From a virus (Duplodnaviria; Heunggongvirae; Uroviricota; Caudoviricetes): a stretch of DNA of 64,000 bases. The translations under genes and the position numbers were made by a program. Where the stretch lies: positions 128,001 through 192,000 of the IMG/VR virus record IMGVR_UViG_3300012347_000377. One strand, written 5' to 3'. The notes under the pieces are model-generated. The model did not search any database and had not been told where the DNA came from. It saw nothing but the letters and a program-made list of their open reading frames with translations. Within the stretch, counting starts at the first letter, position 1. Each line of letters begins with the position of its first letter. Positions 55,387-64,000 of the stretch are shown here, piece after piece.

Positions 55387-57597
55387 ATGCAACAAGAGAA
55401 TTTTATTTCACAACTATTAAACGAACTTTCATATAGATGTAATGAAGGCTATCCAATTTTGTCTAAATCGGAACACATTCAAATCATTTCAGAAATCTTA
55501 GTTGAATGGGGATTGGGTGATATTAAAGAAGAATTGATTCAAAATTTAACTGAAGGACCAAACGATACTGAAGGACCTGAAAGTAAATTTACTCATACTG
55601 GTGGTGGAACATATGTGAAGAAGGGTGATGAAAAGAAACAAAATGCTCAAAAATATACTAAAGATGATAATGGAACGATGAGACCAATATCTGCTGATGA
55701 ATATGAAAAAATAAAAGCAAAACAAGGTGAAGAAGGTGAAACTGCCGCTCAACCTAAAAACGCTCAAACTTCTGCACAAAGTAATAGTGGTGAAGATGGT
55801 GGTGCACCTCAAGCCCCACCTGTAAATATCTATACTGGTGCTGATAATAAATCTACCGAAGAACGATATAAGAAAGAGGCCGAAGCAGCAAAAGATACTC
55901 CAATTTCATTAAATTCGGATGAACCTAAATACGATAAACAATCTTCGGTTGTTTTGAAACGTGTAAAAGAACAAATCGAAAAAAATAAAACCACATTATC
56001 ATCAGATCAATACGATATTACAAACAAATGTTATGATTTAACTCAAAAGTTATTTGATGAATCAATTTCGGATGATGTAAAAATTGAATTAGCTGATAAA
56101 ATTAGAACTGAATATAAAATTACTACTAACGCAGGTGGTAGTAAATATTATATTAATGTATTGGGTGGGAAACGAAAAGTATTTGGTGATGGAACTAAAT
56201 CAACCGAAGTTTTAGTTAATCAACTATTAAAATATACACAATTAGATCAAGTAGATTTTTCAGGTATTAAGAAAAATTTAACGGCAGCCGCTAAACCCGA
56301 TTTAGGTAAAGAATTTGAAATCAAACCAAAAGATGATGATAGAGTAAAGGCTTTATTCCAATCATCACCAGTGTTGTCAAGAATTAGAGAAGGTCAACAT
56401 GGTATATTTGCACCAAAAGATGAAAATGGTAAAATATTATATCCATCTAAAACTTATACTAAGGAATATCTACAGCAATCATTTGATAATCCAGCGTTAA
56501 ATAAAACTATTGAATTAGCAAAAGAATATCTTTCTAAGGGTAATTTATCTGCAGAATACATTGATGCGTTAGAAAATCATAAAAAACGTTTAAGTGGAAT
56601 GTTGGAAAGTTATAAAGCTCCAAGTGAAGATTTGGCTAATTCAATAGCAGATTCATATAACGATTTAATGGTTGATTTGAACAACGCAGATTCTGAAGCA
56701 GCTTCGGCAGTAATGAAACAACTTGCAGAGAATCGTTTATATGAAGAATCACTTGCAAGAGGTGAAGAAGTTTATTTACCATCAAATGGTTCATTTCCCG
56801 GTGGTGATATTATTAGAGTAGGTGGTGATAATGATATTGAAACTGTCTCATTAGTAAGTTGTAAATTTGGTAAAGAAGGTAGAATCTACGGATGTCCTGC
56901 AAATATGAAAGCTATAACTCAATTACATCCCGATGAATCAAAAAGAGATACATTTGGACAATATGTAGGTGAAAAAGGTTATACCCTAATGGTTAAGGAT
57001 GAGTTGATTAAAGGTGAAACATCTGAAGAAACTCAAAGTAAAATAAAAGATGTTTTATCCAAATCATTAAACACTCAAGCATTATCAGATTTATTTACAG
57101 ATGAAGAAATGGATTCGGTGAGTAAGATATGTAGTGATTACTTTACTAAGTTAGAACAAACTCGTACTAAATTAGAAAGTGAATTGGGTAATGTAAACGC
57201 AGATGCATTCTGGGGAGAGTTCCAAAAAGAATTGGGTAAATTCAAAAAAGAATATCAATTATCAATACAAAAACTCGTAACTACTGATAAGTTGGAGAAA
57301 TTGATTGGAAAAAACAATGTTCCTAATTTTAAAACAAGATTAAGTCCTGATGTATTTTTATCATCAGTTTTATTAACTGAAAATATTCGTAGTTCGATGG
57401 GATATGGATTATCACATAATAAACAATATTATGATGAAAACGGACAACCTCACTCAAAAACCGATGTTGGAACAGATGATCCAGATGACTACTCATTAAC
57501 TATTCGCAACGAAAGAACGGCGGGTAGAAATGGTGGTGGTATTCAAATGTCATTTTCAGCCGATGGCAAACGTTCTACTGGAGAGATTTTACCTTAA
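55387..57597 (+). CDS. Large hypothetical protein, possible PD-(D/E)xK-like nuclease domain
   Basis: 736 aa; FPGGDII...VSLVSCK. Confidence 0.5.
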   Translation: MQQENFISQLLNELSYRCNEGYPILSKSEHIQIISEILVEWGLGDIKEELIQNLTEGPNDTEGPESKFTHTGGGTYVKKGDEKKQNAQKYTKDDNGTMRPISADEYEKIKAKQGEEGETAAQPKNAQTSAQSNSGEDGGAPQAPPVNIYTGADNKSTEERYKKEAEAAKDTPISLNSDEPKYDKQSSVVLKRVKEQIEKNKTTLSSDQYDITNKCYDLTQKLFDESISDDVKIELADKIRTEYKITTNAGGSKYYINVLGGKRKVFGDGTKSTEVLVNQLLKYTQLDQVDFSGIKKNLTAAAKPDLGKEFEIKPKDDDRVKALFQSSPVLSRIREGQHGIFAPKDENGKILYPSKTYTKEYLQQSFDNPALNKTIELAKEYLSKGNLSAEYIDALENHKKRLSGMLESYKAPSEDLANSIADSYNDLMVDLNNADSEAASAVMKQLAENRLYEESLARGEEVYLPSNGSFPGGDIIRVGGDNDIETVSLVSCKFGKEGRIYGCPANMKAITQLHPDESKRDTFGQYVGEKGYTLMVKDELIKGETSEETQSKIKDVLSKSLNTQALSDLFTDEEMDSVSKICSDYFTKLEQTRTKLESELGNVNADAFWGEFQKELGKFKKEYQLSIQKLVTTDKLEKLIGKNNVPNFKTRLSPDVFLSSVLLTENIRSSMGYGLSHNKQYYDENGQPHSKTDVGTDDPDDYSLTIRNERTAGRNGGGIQMSFSADGKRSTGEILP

Positions 57598-57622
57598 AAT
57601 CATACTTTCGTTTCAAAAAAAC

Positions 57623-57631
57623 ATACTTATA
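57623..57631 (+). promoter_or_regulatory. Putative late promoter
   Basis: ATACTTATA. Confidence 0.65.
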
Positions 57632-57661
57632 GTCAAACCAATATAATGGAGGAGAGACTAT

Positions 57662-58063
57662 ATGCAAACACAATTATTGTGTTCCTTTACAACAAAGGAT
57701 GAATTACAAAATGTATTACAGAATATTAAACAAACATATAAAATAGTTTATAACTATATCTACGTCTTACAAAATAAAAGTAATTTAGAAGAATTATTTA
57801 TTACCTATAATATTGATACTCAATTCAAACCATCACATCCACTAAAGGATACGATTTTGGTTCATAGAAAAAAACAATCAAATACTCTATATACAATTAA
57901 TGCACTTAACGAATTAGTTAAAGAATTAAATGGGGGAGTTGCTGATAAGAATTTTACTATTGATTGGGATAATTACAAAAATTGTATCATCGTAACGAAT
58001 ACCGAAGGAACTAAGAAAATCAGTACAAGGATATTTGAAGTTATTGAATTAACTCAAAACTAA
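57662..58063 (+). CDS. Conserved hypothetical late protein
   Basis: Late motif at 57623 and GGAGG upstream. Confidence 0.7.
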   Translation: MQTQLLCSFTTKDELQNVLQNIKQTYKIVYNYIYVLQNKSNLEELFITYNIDTQFKPSHPLKDTILVHRKKQSNTLYTINALNELVKELNGGVADKNFTIDWDNYKNCIIVTNTEGTKKISTRIFEVIELTQN

Positions 58064-58117
58064 TCAATTAAATACCAACATATTATAACCCATTGAATTT
58101 CAATGGGTTATTTTTTT
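58061..58117. repeat. Tandem 25-bp elements; the second is a hairpin/terminator
   Basis: TAACCCATTGAATTTCAATGGGTTA preceded by a degenerate copy. Confidence 0.8.
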
Positions 58118-58140
58118 GTCTAAAAATAATGGATAAAATA

Positions 58141-58180
58141 TTTGGAAAATTGAAAAAAAGGTTGTATATTAGCTGTATAA
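58141..58180 (+). promoter_or_regulatory. Bacteroidota-type early promoter
   Basis: TTTG-N20-TAtaTTAG-CTGTA. Confidence 0.75.
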
Positions 58181-58210
58181 AATAAGAGATAAACTTTAAA
58201 CCCCATAAAA

Positions 58211-58555
58211 ATGATAGATTTTAGTAGAGTTCCCGCTGGTCAAATAATGGATGTGACAGTTTCATTAGGTAAAGCAACTAAAACGAAACGATTAAAGTTG
58301 TGTAAATTAAATACACGTACCATTCTTTTTATTGAAGTAGATAAAACACTTCGAATAAATACCTTTTATAAATTCCCAGTCAAAGAAGCTAGTAGATTTT
58401 TAGATAAGTTAGACCCACCTGTCTTAGAATTCAAAAATGGTGTTATGCCAGAAAAGTGGGAATCTGCGTGGGATTCAATTGGAACACGTCCTTCAGTTGC
58501 TTGGACACCTAAACCAACTTACAATTATGGTGGTTCAGCCCATTTTAGAACTTAA
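58211..58555 (+). CDS. Early hypothetical protein
   Basis: 114 aa. Confidence 0.65.
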   Translation: MIDFSRVPAGQIMDVTVSLGKATKTKRLKLCKLNTRTILFIEVDKTLRINTFYKFPVKEASRFLDKLDPPVLEFKNGVMPEKWESAWDSIGTRPSVAWTPKPTYNYGGSAHFRT

Positions 58556-58572
58556 AAATAAGTGAAAAATAA

Positions 58573-58604
58573 TTTGGAATTGTAAAATATTTTTTGTATA
58601 TTTG
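58573..58604 (+). promoter_or_regulatory. Bacteroidota-type early promoter
   Basis: TTTG-N20-TAtaTTTG. Confidence 0.8.
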
Positions 58605-58622
58605 AATATAAGATTGAGAGAA

Positions 58623-58835
58623 ATGATAAAGACAAAACAAAACAGAGGTATTGAGATTGATTTAACCGGTTCACAAGGAAACGCTTTTTTCTTATTAGGA
58701 ACTGCAGTGAATTTGGCAAGACAATTGGGATTAAACGCTGAACAGATTTGTGAAGAAATGAAAGCCAAAGATTATGAACATTTGGTTAATACATTTGATA
58801 AACATTTTGGAAATATTGTAACCCTTTATAGATAA
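58623..58835 (+). CDS. Small conserved phage protein (IDLTGxxGNAF family)
   Basis: Start re-called at 58623; IDLTGSQGNAFFLLG...DYEHLV..FD..FG. Confidence 0.7.
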   Translation: MIKTKQNRGIEIDLTGSQGNAFFLLGTAVNLARQLGLNAEQICEEMKAKDYEHLVNTFDKHFGNIVTLYR

Positions 58836-58839
58836 GATT

Positions 58840-59034
58840 ATGAGCACATTTGATGGTAAGATTTTTTGGAGAGAAGATTTTGATGGTGAATCCGCACAAG
58901 GTGGTATTTTTACTCGTTCGGTAGATTTGAAAAAGTTTATGGAATTAGTTGAGGCTAATGAAAATCAGAATGGCGGTGAAGTTATTGGTTTACGCTTTGA
59001 TGAAAATAATTTAGAATTAATTGTTAAACGATAA
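58840..59034 (+). CDS. Hypothetical protein
   Basis: 64 aa in operon. Confidence 0.6.
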   Translation: MSTFDGKIFWREDFDGESAQGGIFTRSVDLKKFMELVEANENQNGGEVIGLRFDENNLELIVKR

Positions 59035-59045
59035 AATATAAAAGT

Positions 59046-59303
59046 ATGAATTACGATGAATTGAGAAATCAATACAAACAAAAGGCAATTGAATTTGCTA
59101 AAGATTGGAATGTGGAAGTGTCAAATCACAATGTGGATATTATGATTTCCATTATGCAACAAAGGGATGGTATTATGACCGGTGGTGGATTTGTAGATGC
59201 GGTATGTAAGAACAACTTAGTTGAGGCGGTTTGTAGAGCAGATGGGGATAATCTTAGAGTTATTAAATTATTAGCATTAACTTATTCTAATTGTCACCTT
59301 TAA
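59046..59303 (+). CDS. Hypothetical protein
   Basis: 85 aa; GGFVDAV..NNL..AV.RAD..N. Confidence 0.65.
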   Translation: MNYDELRNQYKQKAIEFAKDWNVEVSNHNVDIMISIMQQRDGIMTGGGFVDAVCKNNLVEAVCRADGDNLRVIKLLALTYSNCHL

Positions 59304-59307
59304 TAGT

Positions 59308-59565
59308 ATGAAAGAATCATTAAAATTATATATTGGAATTGTAGTAATATTTGCTGGAATGATAGGATTGATTCGATATGTTGTCAGTAAAGCAAATGAA
59401 AAATACGATAACGCAACGTTTCGAATTGAGAGTGGTAATGATAAAATTTATTACGCAAATACATTTAGAATGTATGGTAAAGGAATTACGTTTGATTCCG
59501 TTGATGGTAAGAAGGTCATCTTAACGGGTGATATAGATATTGAATATATTAACAAAGAAAAATAA
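59308..59565 (+). CDS. Membrane-anchored hypothetical protein
   Basis: N-terminal TM helix. Confidence 0.6.
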   Translation: MKESLKLYIGIVVIFAGMIGLIRYVVSKANEKYDNATFRIESGNDKIYYANTFRMYGKGITFDSVDGKKVILTGDIDIEYINKEK

Positions 59566-59576
59566 AACATAAAATT

Positions 59577-59813
59577 ATGGCAAGTATTGACATTGATATT
59601 GATGATATTCTATGGGGAATGTCTGATAGGGAAAAACAAGAATTAGTAGATGACCTTTATGAAGATGGGTTTATTGCTAAAAAAGATGATGATGCTAAAA
59701 GCACTGATGATGAATGGAATGAAGAAATTCATAAACTATTCAACAGCAAATGGAGATTATCCAAAGAAGATGAAGAAACAATTTTAAACATAACCAAAAA
59801 AATTATAGCATAA
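59577..59813 (+). CDS. Small acidic hypothetical protein
   Basis: 78 aa. Confidence 0.6.
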   Translation: MASIDIDIDDILWGMSDREKQELVDDLYEDGFIAKKDDDAKSTDDEWNEEIHKLFNSKWRLSKEDEETILNITKKIIA

Positions 59814-60271
59814 TGGGATTAGATAGTTATTTGTACAAGAAAACTTATATTAGAACCGAAGATTTTTACAACGAGGAATTTCGTAATGAGGTAATCGTTA
59901 AAACAGGTGGTGAGATTGATACTAAAATCAAACCAAACCGCATTAGATATATCGTTGAAGAAGTTGGATATTGGCGAAAGGCTAATCAAATCCATCGTTG
60001 GTTTGTGGAGAATGTTCAAAATGGAATCGATGAGTGTCAGAGTTCATATGTAAGTAGAGACAAATTAGAAGAATTGTTAGAACTTTGTAAAAAAGTTAAT
60101 GCAGATAATTCATTAGCAGAAGAATTATTACCAACAACAAGTGGATTCTTCTTTGGTGGAACTCAATATGATGAGTGGTATTATAACGATATTAATCATA
60201 CTATTGAAATCATCGAAGAATGTTTAGAAGATGATAGTGCGGATGAATTCGAATATAATGCAAGTTGGTAA
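59813..60271 (+). CDS. Conserved phage protein (MGLD...YWRKANQIH..F family)
   Basis: MGLDSYL, YWRKANQIHRWF, LPTTSGFFFG, YNASW. Confidence 0.8.
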   Translation: MGLDSYLYKKTYIRTEDFYNEEFRNEVIVKTGGEIDTKIKPNRIRYIVEEVGYWRKANQIHRWFVENVQNGIDECQSSYVSRDKLEELLELCKKVNADNSLAEELLPTTSGFFFGGTQYDEWYYNDINHTIEIIEECLEDDSADEFEYNASW

Positions 60272-60274
60272 TAT

Positions 60275-60415
60275 ATGAAAGTAATTTATCTAGCTCAGAC
60301 AATTGAATTGATTGGAAGTAAAAACCCACAATTTGCATCCCAATTAATTGAATCGGGTACCATCAAATATTTGGGTGAAACTCCCTACTTAGTAATTGAA
60401 GAGGATAGTGAATAA
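60275..60415 (+). CDS. 46-aa hypothetical protein (not in the ORF track)
   Basis: MKVIYLAQTIELIGSKNPQFASQLIESGTIKYLGETPYLVIEEDSE fills the gap. Confidence 0.55.
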   Translation: MKVIYLAQTIELIGSKNPQFASQLIESGTIKYLGETPYLVIEEDSE

Positions 60416-60429
60416 TATTATCCTCTTTA

Positions 60430-60463
60430 TTTGGTAATATCAAAATAATTTCGTATCTTTGTA
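60430..60463 (+). promoter_or_regulatory. Bacteroidota-type promoter
   Basis: TTTG-N20-TAtcTTTG. Confidence 0.85.
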
Positions 60464-60489
60464 AAACAAAATAAATCAACTATAAACCA

Positions 60490-60786
60490 ATGAGTGCAAT
60501 TTTAAAAGAAACCCAAAATTTCAATGTAGTAAATTTCAATGATTTACAATTCAAACCACATCCGATGGGATTTGGTAAACAGGCAGTAGTTCAATTTTCA
60601 AATGGATATGGTGCTAGTGTAGTACAAGGACCTTATACCTATGGAGCTGATGCTGGGTTATACGAATTAGCTGTGTTTGGTAAAGATGGTCATATTACTT
60701 ATGATACTCCGATTACCGATGATGTAGTTGGTAGTATTAGTGAAGATGAAGTATCCGAAATCTTAGAAAAAATTCAAAATTTATAA
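60490..60786 (+). CDS. Conserved phage protein (FSNGYGASV family)
   Basis: FSNGYGASVV...GLYELAV...YDTPITDDVVG. Confidence 0.8.
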   Translation: MSAILKETQNFNVVNFNDLQFKPHPMGFGKQAVVQFSNGYGASVVQGPYTYGADAGLYELAVFGKDGHITYDTPITDDVVGSISEDEVSEILEKIQNL

Positions 60787-60789
60787 TAT

Positions 60790-61227
60790 ATGTCAAACGA
60801 AAGACGAGTAATTAAAGAAACTCCCAAAACAAACTTACAAATGAATATTCTCCCAAAGGAGGATGAAATTCGTGCAATCCAATACGATAATCCAGAAGTG
60901 GTAAAACAAATCGAAGAACAATATCCTGAAACAACGGATGAGTTTAAGAGAATTATGTTTACCCAATATGAGTTATTTTGTATGAAACAATCTAATTATG
61001 GACCGGGTAATATTTCGGTAGGAACTTCATTAGAAACCGAAGATGATGTTAAATTATCCCTAACCGGTCTATGGTTCAGAATTAACGATAAGGTTCAGAG
61101 ATTGAAACAATTGGTGGTTTTGGGTAATAAAGACAACGTAGGAGAACCGATTGATGACACCTTTATGGATTTATCAGTATATGGGATTATCGCCCAAATC
61201 GTAAAAAATGGAAAATGGGCTAAATAA
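60790..61227 (+). CDS. DUF1599/nucleotide-modification-associated (all-alpha NTP pyrophosphatase-like) protein
   Basis: KQSNYG...RINDKVQRL...DTFMDLSVYGII. Confidence 0.75.
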   Translation: MSNERRVIKETPKTNLQMNILPKEDEIRAIQYDNPEVVKQIEEQYPETTDEFKRIMFTQYELFCMKQSNYGPGNISVGTSLETEDDVKLSLTGLWFRINDKVQRLKQLVVLGNKDNVGEPIDDTFMDLSVYGIIAQIVKNGKWAK

Positions 61228-61241
61228 AGTCCATTTTTTTA

Positions 61242-61275
61242 TTTGGTAATGTGGAATATATTTCGTATATTTGTA
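61242..61275 (+). promoter_or_regulatory. Bacteroidota-type promoter
   Basis: TTTG-N20-TAtaTTTG. Confidence 0.85.
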
Positions 61276-61297
61276 TTATAACGCTAACATATAAACT

Positions 61298-62788
61298 ATG
61301 ACTAAATTTGAATTAAAAAATAAAAATGTATTTAAACCAAATTATTTAAATACATTGAGACAAGAATTAAGTGAAAAATATTTAATCAATCCATTTAAGA
61401 ATACATTAAATAATCCAAGCGATATTAAAATTTTAACTGCTCCAACCGGATTTGGTAAAACTTATACAATATGGAATATAATGTCACCTTTATTTTTTGA
61501 AAAATATGGATCATTACATATTCACATTGCACCTCATAAAGAAACATTAGATGAGGCTGAAATTGAGCAATATTTAGCAACTTCGTTTGAAGGTCGGCCA
61601 TATCCATTAATTAAATATAGCAATGATAAAATTGATTGGACCGTTGTTACTAATGCACTGGCCAATGGTAGAAAGGTGATTTTGGTATTGACTGACAAAA
61701 AAATTGCTGAAATGTTTAAAGATTCTTCAAATCCAATAATATTACAAATTACTAAAGATTATGGTAATAAGGTTTTAATTACACGTGACGAGTTTAGTTA
61801 TGGTAGTACCACTACACCTGATAATTATAAAAATACAAAAGGTCATCCATCTGATAAGTATTTGGGTACATATTTTAAAAATTTATACACTTTATTTAAA
61901 GCGGGAGCACATTTATATGGATTTACAGCAACTCCTACACGAGAACAATTAGGTGAATTGCCACTTGAATTTGATGAAGAAATGAAAATCATAAACGAAT
62001 GGCCTTCAAAATCTGAAATGATTTTATTTCAAAAATGGTGGGAATTATTACAAATTACTGATTATACTACACGAGATTATTCTGATATTAATATCTTAAA
62101 AAATGAAATAAAATTTTTAAGTGATGAAGTAACATTGCGAGAACGCGAATTATCACTTCTTTTAGAAGATACACCATATAATGATGCACATCCTAAATTT
62201 ACTGCAATAATGTCAGTCCAAATTGATTCAGGTAATGATAATCGATTTACCTTAAAAAAGGTTATAGATGTTGTTAAATCCGATAATACACTTATAAATA
62301 AAGATTATACATTTATAGCAACAACTGCAGAAGGTTGGATTGAATACGATTATAACGGTAATGAAACTGGCAGTCATGGAACATCCGGTGAATGGTTATC
62401 TAAAATGAACTCTCAATCAGAATCAGCTAGAATATTAGTAGTCATATATAAGGGTAATTATGGTATTAATATCCCATCATTGTGTGCAGGAGTTTCATTG
62501 AGAAATCCACTCCCTAAAACCGATGATACAAAGGAAACTATTAGAGCAGGTGGAATACAATTCATCGGTCGTTTAAATAGAACATCTTTGACTAACCATA
62601 GTTGGAATCTTTTTAAAGAATTAACCAATGAATATGGTGATGAACGAGCATGGAAATATCTTCAAATAAAAAATACTTTTAAATTCAGAGCACCAGATGG
62701 TAAAAATAATTATTGGATTGATAGTATTTCCGATTTTAAAGATAAATATGGCACATCTTTCGCAGAATTAACTACTCATTTATATTAA
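61298..62788 (+). CDS. Divergent superfamily 2 helicase/ATPase
   Basis: APTGFGKT, RDEF, FTATP, GINIP, QFIGRLNR. Confidence 0.8.
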   Translation: MTKFELKNKNVFKPNYLNTLRQELSEKYLINPFKNTLNNPSDIKILTAPTGFGKTYTIWNIMSPLFFEKYGSLHIHIAPHKETLDEAEIEQYLATSFEGRPYPLIKYSNDKIDWTVVTNALANGRKVILVLTDKKIAEMFKDSSNPIILQITKDYGNKVLITRDEFSYGSTTTPDNYKNTKGHPSDKYLGTYFKNLYTLFKAGAHLYGFTATPTREQLGELPLEFDEEMKIINEWPSKSEMILFQKWWELLQITDYTTRDYSDINILKNEIKFLSDEVTLRERELSLLLEDTPYNDAHPKFTAIMSVQIDSGNDNRFTLKKVIDVVKSDNTLINKDYTFIATTAEGWIEYDYNGNETGSHGTSGEWLSKMNSQSESARILVVIYKGNYGINIPSLCAGVSLRNPLPKTDDTKETIRAGGIQFIGRLNRTSLTNHSWNLFKELTNEYGDERAWKYLQIKNTFKFRAPDGKNNYWIDSISDFKDKYGTSFAELTTHLY

Positions 62789-62792
62789 TAAA

Positions 62793-62826
62793 TTAGGTTA
62801 TATCAAAATTTATTCGTATCTTTGTA
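62793..62826 (+). promoter_or_regulatory. Bacteroidota-type promoter for ssb
   Basis: TTAG-N20-TAtcTTTG. Confidence 0.75.
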
Positions 62827-62882
62827 TAGTAAAAAAAGTTGATAATTTATTAAAAAACTTTATACGAAAATCGGTAAATCGT

Positions 62883-62891
62883 ATATTTATA
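62883..62891 (+). promoter_or_regulatory. Putative late promoter of ssb (second promoter)
   Basis: ATATTTATA. Confidence 0.55.
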
Positions 62892-63006
62892 TTTACACAC
62901 CGCGAGTAGGAAAGACTCGTAAATAAAACCATAAAACAAATTAATTAATTAACCCGTAACTATCTGATTATCAATCAGTTAGCTACAACTTAAAACTTTA
63001 AACAAG

Positions 63007-63834
63007 ATGGCATTAGACATTAACGCAATCAGAGGTAGACTGAACAAACTACAAAACACACAGAAAAAATCGGATGCATTATGGAAACCAACTCCTGGCA
63101 AACATCAAGTCCGAATCGTTCCTTACAAGTTCAACAAAGATAATCCATTTATCGAACTTTATTTCCACTACAACGTAAATAACAAAACTTATCTTTCACC
63201 AATTTCATTTGGAAGACCAGACCCTATCGTAGAGTTTGCTGACAAATTGAAACGTATGGGTGATAAGGAAGATTGGAAAGCAGCTAAGGCAATGGAGCCT
63301 AAGTTGAGAACCTTTGTTCCTGTAATCGTAAGAGGTGAAGAAGGTGAAGGTATTCGTTTTTGGGGATTTGGTAAGACAGTTTATCAAGAAATCTTAGGAT
63401 ACATCGCAGATCCTGATTATGGTGATATTACTGACCCAATCGAAGGTAGAGATTTAACGGTTGAATATGTATCCGCAGAAGATGCAGGAACATCTTATCC
63501 AACAACTACATTAAGAGTTAAACCAAACCAAACACCAATTTCTGAAGATTCTACAAGAGCAACTGATTTTATTGAAAATCAAACTGCAATTACTGAATTG
63601 TATCAAGAATTATCTTATGATGAATTGAAAGGTGTATTGGAAAGTTGGTTAAATCCATCTGCAACAGGTGAAACTCAATCTGAATCAAAATCAGTTAGTC
63701 AAGAAGCAATTGCACCAAAACAATCTCAACCATCAGTTGATTTAGGTGGTTCAGTTGAAATTCCATCTGCTCCGGCAGTATCGCAAACTACATCTGATGT
63801 TGAAGCAGCATTTGATGATTTATTTAACTCATAA
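63007..63834 (+). CDS. Single-stranded DNA-binding protein (T4 gp32-like)
   Basis: WKP...VRIVP...FHY...YGDITDP.EGRD; acidic tail AFDDLFNS. Confidence 0.88.
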   Translation: MALDINAIRGRLNKLQNTQKKSDALWKPTPGKHQVRIVPYKFNKDNPFIELYFHYNVNNKTYLSPISFGRPDPIVEFADKLKRMGDKEDWKAAKAMEPKLRTFVPVIVRGEEGEGIRFWGFGKTVYQEILGYIADPDYGDITDPIEGRDLTVEYVSAEDAGTSYPTTTLRVKPNQTPISEDSTRATDFIENQTAITELYQELSYDELKGVLESWLNPSATGETQSESKSVSQEAIAPKQSQPSVDLGGSVEIPSAPAVSQTTSDVEAAFDDLFNS

Positions 63835-63847
63835 TTAAAACCATTTT

Positions 63848-64000
63848 ATGGCAAAGAAAGAAGAATTGGATTTAGCCGATATCCTAGCGGGTGAGCTAAA
63901 TAAACAATCGAAAGACCAAAAGGTAGCATTCTTTTTGGATGATGATTCGACCCCTACAAACGTTGAGGGTTGGGTTTCAACCGGATGTGCAATGTTAGAT
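63848..64000 (+). CDS. RecA/UvsX-like recombinase (5' part)
   Basis: MAKKEELDLADILAGELNKQ...VEGWVSTGCAMLD matches the RecA N-terminal STG..LD motif. Confidence 0.8.
   Translation, partial: MAKKEELDLADILAGELNKQSKDQKVAFFLDDDSTPTNVEGWVSTGCAMLD

Noticed and set aside
5512-58622. Track start codons at 5512, 9383, 16086, 40205, 50584, 50923, 58602
   Set aside because: They overlap upstream genes or promoters; downstream starts fit RBS, coupling or promoter position better
3205-63387. All minus-strand ORFs in the track
   Set aside because: Short shadows of well-supported + strand genes with no motifs, promoters or RBS
1-64000. Stop-codon reassignment
   Set aside because: Core genes are full length in the standard code, and TAG and TGA end genes at sensible places
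1-64000. tRNA or rRNA genes
   Set aside because: No cloverleaf or T-loop signature seen in the intergenic spaces by eye; tRNAscan would be needed to be sure

Overview
This window is 64 kb of a large, AT-rich, T4-like (myovirus) phage genome. Essentially all real genes lie on the + strand and use the standard genetic code. About ten TTTG-N20-TAnnTTTG promoters and Gln-at-+1 signal peptides point to a Bacteroidota host. Gene order: spanin-like pair, terminase, portal, internal-head/core proteins, prohead protease, ribosomal protein bS21, scaffold, major capsid, accessory genes, neck/tail-completion, then a ~15 kb cluster of repetitive fibre genes with a glycosyltransferase and a Hint-domain protein. 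These are followed by sheath, tube, tail chaperone, tape measure, baseplate, early-gene islands, a truncated PolA-like gene, a secreted nuclease, an SF2 helicase, SSB and the start of a RecA/UvsX gene. Most interesting signals: (1) a possible translational switch. High-copy late genes carry Shine-Dalgarno sites while host-promoter genes and the bS21 gene do not, and the phage bS21 appears to lack the Tyr that Bacteroidota bS21 uses to occlude the anti-SD; an unannotated ArfA-like micro-ORF is also present. (2) Head 'cargo' polyproteins built from cassettes separated by ES(V/I)NE protease-type linkers. (3) Modular fibre genes with shared VSGSSQ junctions, gene-conversion tracts and matched N-terminal MAQ..KR / C-terminal DGGx(F/I) motifs. 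(4) A 25-bp TAAC-N3-YTGA-N3-TCAA-N3-GTTA element in tandem at late/early borders. All assignments come from motif recognition by eye; no database searches were run.
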